DNA from: Veleropilina oligotropha
Taxonomy: Eukaryota
Direction: 5' to 3'
NCBI GenBank assembly: GCA_048128005.1
Contig: JBEUKZ010000046.1
Coordinates: forward strand, 124,001 to 188,000
DNA: 64,000 bases
Each line of letters starts with the position of its first letter. Position 1 is the first letter of the stretch. The notes beneath the pieces are model-generated. The model was not told the DNA's origin. It did not search any database and was given only the letters and a program-made list of their open reading frames with translations. Made by a program: the position numbers and the translations under genes. Positions 25,861-39,354 of the stretch are shown in pieces.

Positions 25861-26102
25861 AATCGGGAGTGTGTTTCCATAATATAACCGTTACCAGCCC
25901 GTGACAGTCGGCATCGCCGACAGCCCTACGTTGCGTTACAGGTTATATGGAAACCAGGCTTTACCTAGGAAGGTTGCACGCCGTTGTGCAAAACGTTTTC
26001 AGAAAGCGCTCTGCCAGTTATGTCGACAAAACATTTTGCATCTTGAACAATTATCATCAATTAAAACATTTCTATGACGTCACCTATTGTTCTGGGCAGT
26101 TG

Positions 26103-27230
26103 TTATGCCCCCTAATCGAAGTTTGGGGGCATATAGTGTTGCACACGTATGCAAGTGGATGATCATAATAGCTAAGACAAGTTCAATTACGGTAACATTC
26201 CGAATTTCCATTAAGGAGTTATGCCCCTTTATTCACTTTGAAACATTTTTTCATTTCCGGGCGGTAACTTCAGAATGCCTTCATGGATTTGCATTAAATT
26301 TGGTATTCACGTGTATGATCATAATACCAAAGTGAATTTCGATTTCGGTAACATTCCAAATTTCCATAAAGGAGTTATGCCCCTTGATTCACTTGGAAAC
26401 ATGTTTTCATTTCCCGGCGGTAACTTGAGAATGCCTTCATGGATTTACATTAAATTTGGTATTCACATGTATGATCATAATACCCAAGTCAAGTTCGATT
26501 TCGGTAACATTCCGAATTTCCATAAAGGAGTTATGCCTCTTGATTCACTTTGATACATTTTTCATTTCCGGGTGGTAACTTCAGAATGCCTTCATGGATT
26601 TGCATTAAATTTTGTATTCACCTGTATGATCATAATACCGAAGTGAAGTTCGATTTTGGTAACATTCCGAATTTCCATAAAAGAGTTATGCCCCTTGATT
26701 CACTTGGAAACATTTTTTCATTTCCGGCCGGTATCTTGACAATGCCTTCATGGATTTACATTAAATTTGGTATTCACGTGTATGATCATAATGGCTAAGT
26801 GCAGTTAGATTTCGGTAAAATTCCTATGTTCCATAAGGGAGTTATGCCCCTTTATTCACTTGGAAACTTTTTTCATGAATTTACATTAAATTTGGTATTG
26901 TATGATCGTAATGGCCAAGTGCAGTTCGATTTCGGTAAAATTCTGATGTCACATAAGAGAGTTATGCCCCTTGATTCACTTGGAAACATTTCTTCATTTC
27001 CGGGCGGTAACTTGAGAATGCCTTCATGGATTTAAATTAAATTTGATATTCACGTGTATTATCGTAATAGCTAAGTGGAGTTCGATTTCGGTAAAATTCC
27101 ACCTTCACATAAGGGAGTTATGTCCCTTCATCAAATTGCAAATTTTCCTTACATTTCCGGGCAATAACATGATAATGCCTTCATAGATATAAATTAAATT
27201 TGATATACACGTGTAATATCATTGGAAATA
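26103..27230 (-). repeat. HINE-like element with ~120-bp satellite array (same family as 2336-3492), followed by a related element at 27234-27620
   Basis: Reverse-complement units GAATGCCTTCATGGATTT; terminal stem-loop GCCCCC..GGGGGC. Confidence 0.85.
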
Positions 27231-27802
27231 AATTTTATGCCCGGTCCCCTGCAAAACGAAGTATGGAGAGCATTTATAGTTACACATGTTTGTCCCTCGA
27301 ATGCTTTAGATTCTGCGCTATATTCTGGCATTCACATGTATATCAGAATATCTAAGTGGAGTTTCATTTCTATAAATTCCCAACTTCATGTAAGAGACAT
27401 AGGACATTCATTAATTTAATTTTGTTTTCAATTCTGGACGATAAGTTCGGAATATATTCATGGAATGAAACTATATTTGGAATATAGGTGTATACTTATT
27501 CATACATTGTTAAATGCATAAATTCAATGTTAAGAGAGTTATGGCCGTTCCCTTCGAATTTCTTTCATTCATGGGCAGTTGTTTCAGAGGGGGCATTCGT
27601 GTCGCTCTGACATATCTAGTTTATTCTGCCTATTCAATCGAAGAACAAAGTTTTGTTGGCCCAACCGTTGAATAGTTTAAAGGCATTCAACTAACACACG
27701 GCAATTAAGACTTTCATTCAACTAATGCACTCCAATTAACTACAATAGAGGTACCTGGTGGGGAATGAGGCTATTGTTCAATGGTGAAATGTTTTAAGTG
27801 AC

Positions 27803-27914
27803 ATAAACTACTCGATAGCGTTGAATAGTTCAGAGAAAACACTCCTGTCTCGGGCCTCACGGCCCTCGACAGGAGTGTTTTCTCTGAACTATTCAACGCT
27901 ATAGAGTAGTTTAT
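27803..27914. repeat. Near-perfect ~110-bp hairpin (Crypton-like element end)
   Basis: ATAAACTACTC.ATAGCGTTGAATAGTTCAGAGAAAACACTCCTGTC / loop / inverted copy. Confidence 0.85.
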
Positions 27915-28107
27915 CACATACTTAGACCACGCGCTGCATATGAGATTGGCTATAATGAGGTTGTTGTTGAGTAAACATTTTTAAAACATGCAAGCGAAAA
28001 TCGAACTTCCATGTCATGGAAACGATTTAATTTGACTAATATTTAGCGCGTCATTATTGCAATGATATATAATAAATCAACCAATAGCATTAAAAAGGAT
28101 ACATTGT

Positions 28108-29083
28108 AGTGATCGGCTCGGCTGGCATAGCGTTTACTGTGAGGATAAATAGCTATATCGGACTCCAGGAGTTAGTATAACGTATTTATTCAACATTTCC
28201 TCCCAAAATTGTAATATATGCCATAGGTGCACTTTTTGCGATACCGAACATCGTACGTTTACAGAGTTGAATAAAAAAATTGGAAATAATTTATTTAAAT
28301 AACAGAGCAACAAATGTATAATTAACAAATAATTTTAATAATACAAGTCAATTAATTAACAAATATAATTTTTTCGATATTTAAATTTGAGAGTGACCTC
28401 AGGCATGTTTACAATAGTGTTCCCAGCTGATGGCAGCCAAGCGAGAGGTTGAATATTCGAGTAGCCCAACAACAAAATGTAAAATTCAAAATTACTTATG
28501 CGAATTGTCAATGGTGATGATCGAGAATGCAATGAGTTAATCGTGCAGTTATTGAATATTAGACTGTGGGACTGTGTTTACTTGTTGAGGAGGGACGTGT
28601 TCAAAGTCGTCAAACATATCTTGCATTCGATCGTGATTCCTTGGAAGTGAGAATCAGCTGTTTCGGTTGAAGCGATTGCGTGACCCGATGTGGATTTTAC
28701 AGGACAAAGCGGATTATCTTTACACTCGTGCATAAAGTCAGTGCCAAAATTAAGTTCTTTATCGGAACGGTGATTTTTTGTAAATTCATCTTTGCATTTC
28801 TTTATTGATCGATTTGTTTTGAAAACAGGGCAGACGGCAACAATTTATTCTTCGGCTAGTTCCGTGACGTTTACGAGTCCGATATAAAGTTGCATCGGAG
28901 TTCACCTATGGAATATATTACAATTTTGGGAGGAAATGTTGAAATAAATACGTTATCCTAACTCCTGGAGTCCGATATGGCTATTTATCCTCACAGTGAG
29001 TAAACGCTATACCAGCCGAGCCGGCATAGCATTTACTGTGAGGATAAATAGCCATATAGGACTCCAGGAGTTAGGATAACTTA
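28108..29083. mobile_element. Non-autonomous element with long inverted repeats and a terminal palindrome (Crypton-like)
   Basis: 28118-28240 is inverted at about 28900-29022, and 28950-29080 is itself a palindrome. Confidence 0.7.
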
Positions 29084-29182
29084 TAATATCTCTAAATTAA
29101 ACCCTGATAAGTCGAACTTGGATAACGTGAATGTGTCGAAGTATTATGGAAGTCTCCTGTAAATATTTCTTCATAAGGATGT

Positions 29183-29734
29183 GGGAGGGAGGGAGGAATG
29201 ATGCTTAATAATAATAATACTCCGGTCTTATATAGCGCATTATTACGCTAGTGTCTCAATGCGCTGAACATTATTACCCCTGGTTATGGGCCTGTTCCAT
29301 TCGATATGCCATCTCAACTCCCTCTGGGAGCATTACATTCATTTACACGCGGGTAGCGCCGTGACTTACATAATTGCCAACCAGGTACCCATTTTAGATC
29401 GGCTGGGTGGACCGAGGCAAATATATGCTTATTTCCTTGCCCAAGTGAAATCGCCGAGCTTTGGGGGCGAACTCGAGACTCTGTGACCAGAGTCCTGTGA
29501 ACAACCCACTGAGCCACGACGGCATATATATATATGTCCTGTATATTTACAACATCGAGATTCAAGGCAGGACATGTCCGTGTTATCGCGGGAGGAAACC
29601 CCGGTCGCCCGGTTAAACCCACCCTCATCGGCCAGTCGCGGACAACTGTGATTCATAACTTGAACAAATGTCAATGCCTCTGCCAACTATTGAATCCACT
29701 ACTGTTCGGATTAGCAGAATCAAGCCAGCGGCCC
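29183..29734 (-). mobile_element. SINE family A with SINE family B (29207-29525) nested near its 3' end
   Basis: Outer TSD TCATAAGGATGT; family A sequence is split at ATGCTTAAT|GTCCTG. Confidence 0.9.
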
Positions 29735-32048
29735 TCATAAGGATGTCACAAGAACTACATGTAATATTATAATACGAGACACCATTCGTTGTTTTAGGTA
29801 TCGGAACACTTTACATGATTTAATTCCATGTCAATCACGAGCGTGCCTTAAAACTCTATCTTTATTACATTAAATTGCTGAATAAACAACATAGAACGGC
29901 GAGCATGGAGTCGCGCGCAACAGAAGACGCACGACTGAGTGTGTACAGCTTTCACAGGCGCTTGGCGAATCTGCCGATTTGTGAATCACGTAGGCTGAAA
30001 AGGAATTAAAAGTTGGCATCAATTAAATTTTGGCGAATATGCCCATGCTCGTCGGCGATGGAATTTTCCGTTGTGATGACACATTTTTCGTTATCACAGG
30101 GTAGTCTATGTTTTGTTACCCGCTGATATGACCTTATGTATTTGACAGTGTAGTTAAATTTATAAAATCAAGGTAATATTAACTATATAGATAGACTTAG
30201 TGAAGTTAGTCCCAACCAATATTCGAACCCACTACTGTTCGTGTCAGAGGACTCAAGTCAGCGATTTCAGAGTTTGTATACCAAATCACACGACTGTTGT
30301 AGCAGCCGGACTCATTAAAAGTTATTATGCATCATAAGTGGTTTAATATTCATTGCATAATGAAAAGTTACGGAACAGAAATGTAAACCACCATTTTGGA
30401 GACACAAAATTATTATTATGTGTTGTGCGAAATGATACTGCAATAAGCCGTACTAATTTGATGGGTACTGGTGGATCTTTTCCCTTCAGTAGAAAATAGT
30501 GAGTTATTCGAGAATATCCCATTCGAATTCGTTGTTCGAATCGGTATTTTACCTCTAAATATGTGAAGCCAATATTGGGTTTAAATTTGAATAATTCTTT
30601 ATGAATAAATGGCAGGTTTAAAATTAGTATATATATACAGTTTGTAAATGATATTTAATATCTTTTTTCTAATTCTGTTTTAGCAGCTGCATCTGATCCA
30701 TTTTTCCAGTGATGCCCACATGACTTGTTACCCAACAAAACAAAAACATAATGATCAGTGATACTGTCCTTTAGTTCGATAATTTTCAAAATGTAAGTGA
30801 CTGACGAAACTTCCTTGAATTAATTGAATAATAAAGTCTGCCACAGGTAGTTTGTGTTAATGTAATGTTCACATGTTGCTATTGACAATGGCAGGGGCAT
30901 AATAGGAATCGATACATGAATATGCCATAAATCGCAGCGCACCATAATATACCCAAGGCTGGTTGTTTTGTACCTTGATAGTATTGTTTATACAATGTGA
31001 ACCTTGATATATACAATGTCTCTCCAGCATGTGGGCACACTATGTGTAAGCAAGTTACCAATGATTATTATGTCAATGTGTCAAGGCCAATTTATTTTTT
31101 GGTATTTACTTTCTGTCTCTTTGATGATTGTTCTGTGTTACATATAGGACGAACCATTGGGCTCACACCATTGTTGCAATGCGGGCCGTTGTAAACTGCC
31201 AGTTCAGACTTCAATAACTGGCGGAATGCCCGTCACCGTGTTACAGTATTAATGGGGATGAATTGGTTCTGTAATCTGCAATAGATTTCTATATGTCCGG
31301 AGAACAACAGTGGAAGGCTAATGGTATTCTTCGTTCGTGTCGTCTAGTATTACATGGAGTATCTGCTACTGTCTCTTGATCAACTCAGCCGACTCTGGTC
31401 ATTCCAACATTTATAATGGACCGTTGTGTTATCCATGCTGGAATGCGATTGTATAAGTTAACATCACCGTGACAAGACGCTATCTGCTGGAGTCGTTGAG
31501 TTTACACCTCGCTACTGGATAACGAAGTCAGAAGTAGATTCTTGACTAATCATTTATATAATCGAAAACATGGTACAAATTACATCGGATACATTTTCTA
31601 ACTACACAAAGTGAGCCCCGCCCGGGCGTGCTTTCTAGCTTGGAGCTGGTACGGGACTGGCATGCCAAAGCACGCACAAGGCTTTTAATCATATTTTCTC
31701 ACACGGGCCACACCCTCTTCTTAGCCAATCGACTAGCACGCTTTGGATTTACCCACTTAACTTGAACATCCCTCTTCGCTTAACCTGCCACATGTTACAT
31801 CAGAAACACATGCATAAGGACTCTAAGCATCATTAATCTATTTCAATTATATAAACATGTCCACCCATGCCATCCTCATGTGACGTCAATTCTCGTTAAC
31901 TGGCTGATAATTGTTATTGATAATATAAACAAGATTACATTAGATCACCAGGTCACAGTCAATCACTTTATGGCATGGGCTCTTAGTGCAATTAGTCATC
32001 AAGTACATTTTCCACATTTATAACAATACTAATTTACCATTCTTAAAG

Positions 32049-32304
32049 GAGGAATTATGCTTAATGTCCTGCATGTTTATAACATCAAGGTTCAAAGCAG
32101 GACATGTCCGTGTTATCGCGGGAGGAAACCCCGGTCGCCGGGTAAACCCGCCCTCTTCGGCCAGTCACGGACAACTGTGCTTCATAACTTGAACAAATGT
32201 GTGCTGCCTCAGCCGGGGGTCAATCCCACTACTGTTCGCGTCAGCGGAAACAAGCCAGTGAATTTAGAGTGGACACTCTACCCACTGCGCTACCGAAGCG
32301 GCCC
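32049..32304 (-). mobile_element. Full-length SINE family A
   Basis: TSD CATTCTTAAAG; near-identical to the copies at 20874 and 54213. Confidence 0.92.
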
Positions 32305-32689
32305 CATTCTTAAAGTTAACTCGTTAAGTAATTAGACATCATATTGTAACACCATTTGTATTTAGTATACAATTTTGTGCACCACCAGACCTTGTATAAA
32401 TTTAAAGGGAAAGATAATTTTTGACTACTTACATTTAGTCACTTTGAAGAATGCTTTATATCATTTAGAAAACGAACTGATCAATCTAAACCTTGTATAG
32501 TTAGCATACACTTTGTGTACCATCAAGCCTTGTGTAAGTTATAACATGGAGTCGCTTTGCCAAAGATCAAGGTTTTTTGTGTATTTACATTCTGTAACTT
32601 ACACCATTGCTTTCTCTAACATTGGTCTTATATAAGCTATAACTATTTAACTATACGTCTGTGTATTGGTGCTTACATTAAGTAAAATA

Positions 32690-33264
32690 AAATACACTGT
32701 AAGCCCAAGCGAGATTATATACGCATAACAGGCCGAATGAGAGCGAAACTTGTTTAAATTTTGGAAAAAAATGTAACAATTTTTTTTCCGGAACAAATTC
32801 AAAATTTTACCAAAAAAATTAAATTTGCCATAACCTTTATTCTGCTTTGAATAGACTGTTCAAACTTCGCAGACGTATTAGTGCATATGCTAAGTTACGT
32901 TTGCTAATTTAAATTTCCCCCAAAAATTAAATTATTGAAAGAAATGTAAAGTTTTTAAATTAAATTTCTGGAAAAATTTAAATTTTCGACAAAAAATTAA
33001 ATTTGCCACAACTCTTATTCTGCTATCACTAGACTGGTCAAACTTCGCAGACGTATGAGTGCATATGGTAAGTTACGTTTGCTAATTAATTTTTTTTTTT
33101 AAGGTTTCGAAAATATTTATATTTTTAAAATTTTCGAAAAAAATTTAAATTTTCCATAACCCTTATTCTGCTTTGACTAGACTGTTAAAACTTCGCAGAC
33201 GTAAGTGGGTACCTGATTGGCGTGTTAATTAGTCGTAGCGCTCATTAGTGGCTGCTTGACTAGT
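32690..33264 (-). repeat. HINE-like element with three ~170-bp tandem units
   Basis: TTATTCTGCT..AGACTG..AAACTTCGCAGACGTA repeated three times; ACTAGT terminus at 33264. Confidence 0.75.
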
Positions 33265-34069
33265 AATACTCTCAAAGAGAGAGGAGATGGATCAATGATC
33301 AGAACAGGCCGATAAAAACCAGGGATAATAAATTGTGAAAGCGTCTGCGAGCATATATATATGGATCCAGCGCTATATAAATCTCCAATTATTATTATAT
33401 GCCAAGTTACGTTTGCTCTGCCTTCATGCTTCACTTTAAACGTCTTATATCGAAAATAATGAATTGTGCACGATCAGCTTGAAGCCCTGTACAGCTGCTT
33501 TGCAGCTTTAATTAAATTCTATCATTTGATCAATATTATATTGAACATATCTTCGCGAAATTTGTATCAATCTGCACGAACCGTGCGATCGGGGGTGATC
33601 AGCCATGTTACAGTCACGAAAAGAGCTCATTTACAGCCAATAGTCACTTTAACACTAGGAGGCCTATTGTTCAAATAAACACCCCAAGGTGTGTATCAGA
33701 ACACTATAATTGTATTACATTGTCTTTGTCCATAACATATAACCCCATGGAAAATGTGTGCCTACATAATACCGTACGTGCATCCGATAATTAAATGGAA
33801 TAAAATAAATAATTTTCAATTTGCTCACTTTTTATAATTTACTGCAGGAAAAAGAATAATATCTAATCCATGCAATTTTTATTGTCATCGGCTGTACGAA
33901 AAATACATATTACTGCGTCTGCCTTACAATTACAAAAAAGTGACATGAAGTATTTTATGCAATAACCATCATATATTTATAAATTCATTTTGTTCGCATG
34001 CGTGCATGTAGCATATATACTAGCTGTATTTTTAGGTAGAGACCACCTCCAGAATTGACTAAGACTATC

Positions 34070-34600
34070 CAATCCTTATGCATCTGTTGTGATACTAGTA
34101 TGTAACAATAAGATCTTGTTACAATTGGTTACGTTTTTCTTCAGTGTGATCTCAAGGACAAATGCATTAATTTGTGTTATCTGGTCCAGGTAAGCGTTGA
34201 TGTCAAATGCTTTTGAGAAATTGATCAGTATTGCGTTGTAATCTGACTTAGAGATGGTCCATGGGCATGCAAAAACCATACAGAGCATCGATTGCACAGT
34301 ACATGTACGATGTGTTCGTATCACGTTTTCCCTTTTTGAATATAGGAACAATCGGACCCCTTTCTAGGTGGTGCAATTCACGGACTCCGTGAAGCTTGAA
34401 ACAGCAGTGTGGGAGCTTGGCTATGTCATCCACTGCATTCTTTAGTAGCTTCGCTGGGATGTTATCTGGTCTCTGCTTACCAGCTTTACGGTCATGCAAC
34501 TGCTGCATGACTTTCCACAGCAGGGTGCTGCTGTCTTGGAGAGGTTCATTCGAACTTGGTGGAAAAACTTGCATAGACAATTCATCTGCCAATTGTTCAC
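34070..34600 (-). mobile_element. Highly decayed CR1/L2-type LINE reverse transcriptase fragment
   Basis: PDNIPAKLLKN, IVPIFKKGKR and INFSKAFD motifs across frameshifts. Confidence 0.75.
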
Positions 34601-36729
34601 CACCATTATATCAATTTTTCAGTCGTATCATAGTTGGGACCATGATTTAAGGACAGACCAACTTCTATAAGGCATGTGCTGTCTATTGTTTAAACCTTAA
34701 CCAGTCAAGGAGCCCCCAGTGACAATCAGTATCGAAATGCATCCAACAACCCCAGAGAATTGTCTGACACTACTGGCCCACTGAGATCACTTGCATGGAT
34801 TTGGAAAAATCTTTTATGAAAAATGTGTCTTAAACCTCAGAGGAGATTACTCGCAAGGTTAGCTAAGAATTTGCATGAAACTTCCAGAAATAAATGGCCA
34901 CGAGACTGGTTGCAGAAGCATGTTTCGTAGTTTTCCAGGGCCGGTTTTCCATTTGCAAATGCCTTCAACATCTAGACAGGTAATAGCTTAGCATATTCAC
35001 TGTGCGCATACACAAATAACACAACGATACGTTCATTAGTCATATTCTTTACTGTTCAATATTAAATTTACAATTTGAAATGCAGGAGGTCTTAACTACT
35101 CGAGACATGGCATATTAATATAATATAACATGTGTACATGACCAGTCCATTTTCGGGAGGTGCTTACAGAATAATTGATCTCTTGGAATTAATTTGTCTC
35201 TGCAACAAACTGTACATTAATACACATTTTCATTTTATATTAGCAACAAAGCATTTACTGGGATCAACTGTGGTACTAGTATCGAACATAAAACCGGTCT
35301 GTAATAAAGCTTACACTTATTGGATAATGGAATTCTTATCTGAAAACTTTTAGAAATCAGAAATGAACTTAGCCGGATTGTTGCTTTATATCCACATTAT
35401 AGCCTGGAAACCACACCTGTTGAACCAACTCAATAAGTACGCGTCAATTAGAAGGATATTACATGGAAGTAACTTGGGAACAGTTTGTTGTCTTGAAACC
35501 AGGAGCATTTATTAAACAGTTGTGTAATAGAATGCCGCCATGGTATTCTTACGAGTGACAGAGATGCATTTTAGCACCAATTTGACATCATATCTACTTC
35601 ATAAATAAAATACTTAATGACTTTGAGTATGCTTTTGCCATAATTACCTCAGCAATTCAATGACCTTCGGTTCACTAACGATAACATAATATTTAACAGA
35701 CATAAATTATTTCATTAATGTTGAAAGTCAAAATCATTTAACAACACAAATATCCTCAAGGTATATGCAAGTTTTCAAAAAATCATGCACACTATAATGA
35801 TATAAACTCAGAATTATACTTTTACTAATAAAGCACATGCCAACACTGCCCATATATCAATGGTAAATGGTAGAATGGATTAATACCAGTGATCATTGTA
35901 CTACAGGATGTGCAGAAAATTTTCAAATTCTACGAATATTTTGTATGCTTATAAGAGCTAAAAGTATACCTGCGGATTCCACCATGGAGTGGAGCATTGT
36001 TTCTGGGTACTTCGTCATCTTGACAACATAATTAATTATATGCATATACCAGTGTTTTTCGAATCTTGCGTGGGGGCCTATCCGAGTTTGAGCAACTATC
36101 TCGATGATAGTAGCATCACACTTTTCGGCAACATGACCATTATAATGGCATTACCCTATAACAGCAATAGGTACCGATATCACAGTCATATGAATACACT
36201 CGGGATGTCGCAGTTTACGCTACTGCCAGTGAACCAGCTATGAACAAAATTGTCAAATAGAATGTGCAGGCCATCAAAATCTGGACAATCGCTCAAACCC
36301 TCAACCATGGCTCTGATCGTTACGACCTGACCGCCATCTATGGTCAACTGGCTGCATTATATATATGCTACAGCATCAATCAACGATTCACATCAGTATG
36401 AATAGTTTTATTTTATATATTGTAACAATTTTTCAATCATGTCTGTAGTCTGGGACCTGGGTTAACATTGGTATCCGATAGATGGATCCCGTGTAATATG
36501 GAGCTGACGTATACCCGTGTCAGATTGCTGGCACAAGCAGCAAACTTCGCAGTCCAGCATCATAGCCACTTGGGCATGCTGTCTACATGGATTAAACATA
36601 CATGCAGATGTAATGGTGAATTGATATTTAATGACCACGCCAACACTATTTCAGTTATAAATAGGGTCAATCAACTTTGAATGAAATGAAGTGGTGCTGT
36701 GCAATGGAGGCAGTGATCATTGGAAAAAT

Positions 36730-36800
36730 CCCCAGCACTTGAACCCATGACCTCTCGTTAGTAGACCAGCACCGTATCCACTCTGTCATGCTGCCCCCTC
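36730..36800 (-). mobile_element. tRNA-derived SINE head relic
   Basis: TGACAGAGTGG..GGTTCAAG A and B boxes, no complete cloverleaf. Confidence 0.5.
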
Positions 36801-37204
36801 AACATGCAATGGTTAGCATAATATTCAACTGACAAGACAATCAATGTGATTATTATGTAATAAGTTAAATATAAGAGAATGCAAAATCCCTATAACACAA
36901 CAGAATGATTATTAAAATAGCCAGTGCACATAAAATGATTATCTATTAATCTATTGTTTATAACTACAATCCCAATCTCCAGCATTACACTAACGGGATA
37001 TAACACTAGTTTTATACATACATTGTTGACAAATCACATGCTAATTAGTGCAGAAACTATTGAACTAACTTTAAATCCCTGAATACTGTACATTAAATTG
37101 TATATTTGCTAGTTAAATATTGCATTTGATCTTCATTTTAATTTAGTATTCTGCAAAAAATCTTTTAGCAAATTTCAACAGAACACTGTTGCGATACACA
37201 AAGA

Positions 37205-38856
37205 ACTAGATGCTCAGTCACGAGTGACCACATATGTATCCCCCGGTAATGACCTGTCTAGAGAGAGCACAAGGAATTATGCTTTAAAATCCAAGATGGC
37301 GGCCACAGCAGCCATCTTGGAGGTCGGACCACACCCAAAATCTTTAGGTGTCGTGTCCCCACCGAAACCAATGCACATACCAAATTTGAAAACATTCCGT
37401 TAAGAAACTAGAGCAATCACAAGCAATTACGGTGGTCGTGGCGGCCATCTAGGAGGTCAGACCACACCCAAAATATATGTCGTTTTGTGCTTACTCGTAA
37501 TGATACTTGCAAAGATATAAACAAAATATTATTTTAAATTTTGTTTCTTAAATTTTTTTCTTAAAAATTATTAATATATACATATGGCTGCTCTGAATCG
37601 AATGCCGCAATTTTCAGGTCTGTACACCACGTCAGTCTCGAATTCTGGCCTTTTAAGAAAAATGTGGCGGCCATTTTGTTCATTTTTATTTTCCTAATTT
37701 AAAATATGTAAGCTCGAGCATCAATATTAACCGAGTTGGCCATTTCCTGACCATTTTCTGGCAAACATATGTCTTTTTCCTTAATTAGGTCATTTCCTGC
37801 AATGTAGGTGAACTGAGGTCACATGTGAAAGATCAACCATGACTTCCCATAGTAACTATGTGTCCACGGTGCATCCTTTTTTATATATTGCCACTTGAAA
37901 CAAATTCTTTAATGGCTGCAGAGGCACTTCCGTCTTTTCAATTTTATCTGGCATAATTGGTAAATGTCGACTACATACGTCAACAGGAGTTCACTTTATC
38001 CACTATATGCACACATATATGATATATGCATTTTTCCTCAATTAGGTCATTTAGAGCAATGTAGGTCATCTGAGGTCAAAGGTCATGGTGACATTTGAAA
38101 GCCCAACCAAGAATTCCCATAGGCTCCCCATAGAGACCATGTGTTTAAGTTGCATCATTTTAGCCATTTTAAAGACTCTTAAAATTAAAATCCAAAATGG
38201 CCACCGGTGAAATTTAAAATCAAAAATCCAATTCCATGACATTTTAGACAATTACCTCTGGTTTCTGAATATATAATTCATGTCCCGCTAGGTTAAATAT
38301 TAACAAATTTATAAAAGAAAATAGTTTTCTAATGAAATTCAAAATGGCCACCAAAATATTGGTGTCACGTGACCTAAAATATATAGGTGTTGTGTCCTCG
38401 CGCCAACCAATGCACATGAAAACATTCCGTTAAGAAATGGCCTGTCTAGAGCGATCACAAGGAATTATGCTTAAAATCCAAGATGGACGCCACAGCGCCC
38501 ATCTTGGAGGTCAGACCACACCCAAATTCTATAGGTGTCGTGTCCTCACCCCAACAGATCCACATACCAAATTTGAAAACATTCCGTTAAGAAACGGCCT
38601 GCTTAGAGCGATCATGAGGAATTATGCTTAAAATTCAAGATGGAGGCCACAGCAGCCATCTTGGAGGGCAGACCACACCCAAATTCTATAAGTGCCATGT
38701 CCTCGCCCCAACCAATGCACATACATGTACCAAATTTGAAATCATTCCGTTAAGAAACGGCCTGCCTAGAGCGATCACGAGGAATCTCTCGATGGACACG
38801 GCGTAACGAACACTAAACCCTAGTATCCCCCGATACTTTCGTTTCGGGGGATACAA
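37205..38856 (+). mobile_element. ~1.6-kb HINE-like element (ACTAGATGCTCAGTCACGAG family) with ~120-bp units
   Basis: Same start, middle and 3' stem-loop (TATCCCCCG..CGGGGGATA) as 61517-63070. Confidence 0.85.
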
Positions 38857-39354
38857 TTATTAACACTGTGGTTAACTTAGCAAACCTATCCCAACAGCCA
38901 TCTGTGCATCATTTGTTAGCCAGCTGAATCTCATATATTCAAACCTCTGGCTATACTATTGAAGCCGATTTATGCTTTACTGGTTACATAAATGATGGAA
39001 TGCACTCGAGAAGCCAAAATCAATATCTGTTGGAAAGGGTCATATTTAACGTTGGCAGGTGGTTCATTCTCATATGTAGAAACTAATGTTCGATAAATAA
39101 CCACGTTACACTACATGTCAACTTTTTAATCTACACTTCGTTGGCTACTAGACATCACTAGTTTTGCTATGTCGTAGACGGTGAAATGTTTTGGAGTAAT
39201 CCCTGGAGATTCATGTATATTGCCGAGTCGCCTTAACAGGATAACATTAAATATCAAAATATGCACTCATTGATTACCATCATATAGAATAATATATCCT
39301 AACAAATATAATACTTGAAACTACAATCCCTCTGTCTCCCTCCGTCATGCTAGG

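Noticed and set aside
24861..25904. Gly/Val/Trp-rich and Pro-rich ORFs
   Set aside because: They are translations of the C-rich minisatellite, open in several frames at once.
26087..27035. Repetitive MPSWICIKFGIH ORFs
   Set aside because: They come from the satellite units of a HINE-like element, and frames break between units.
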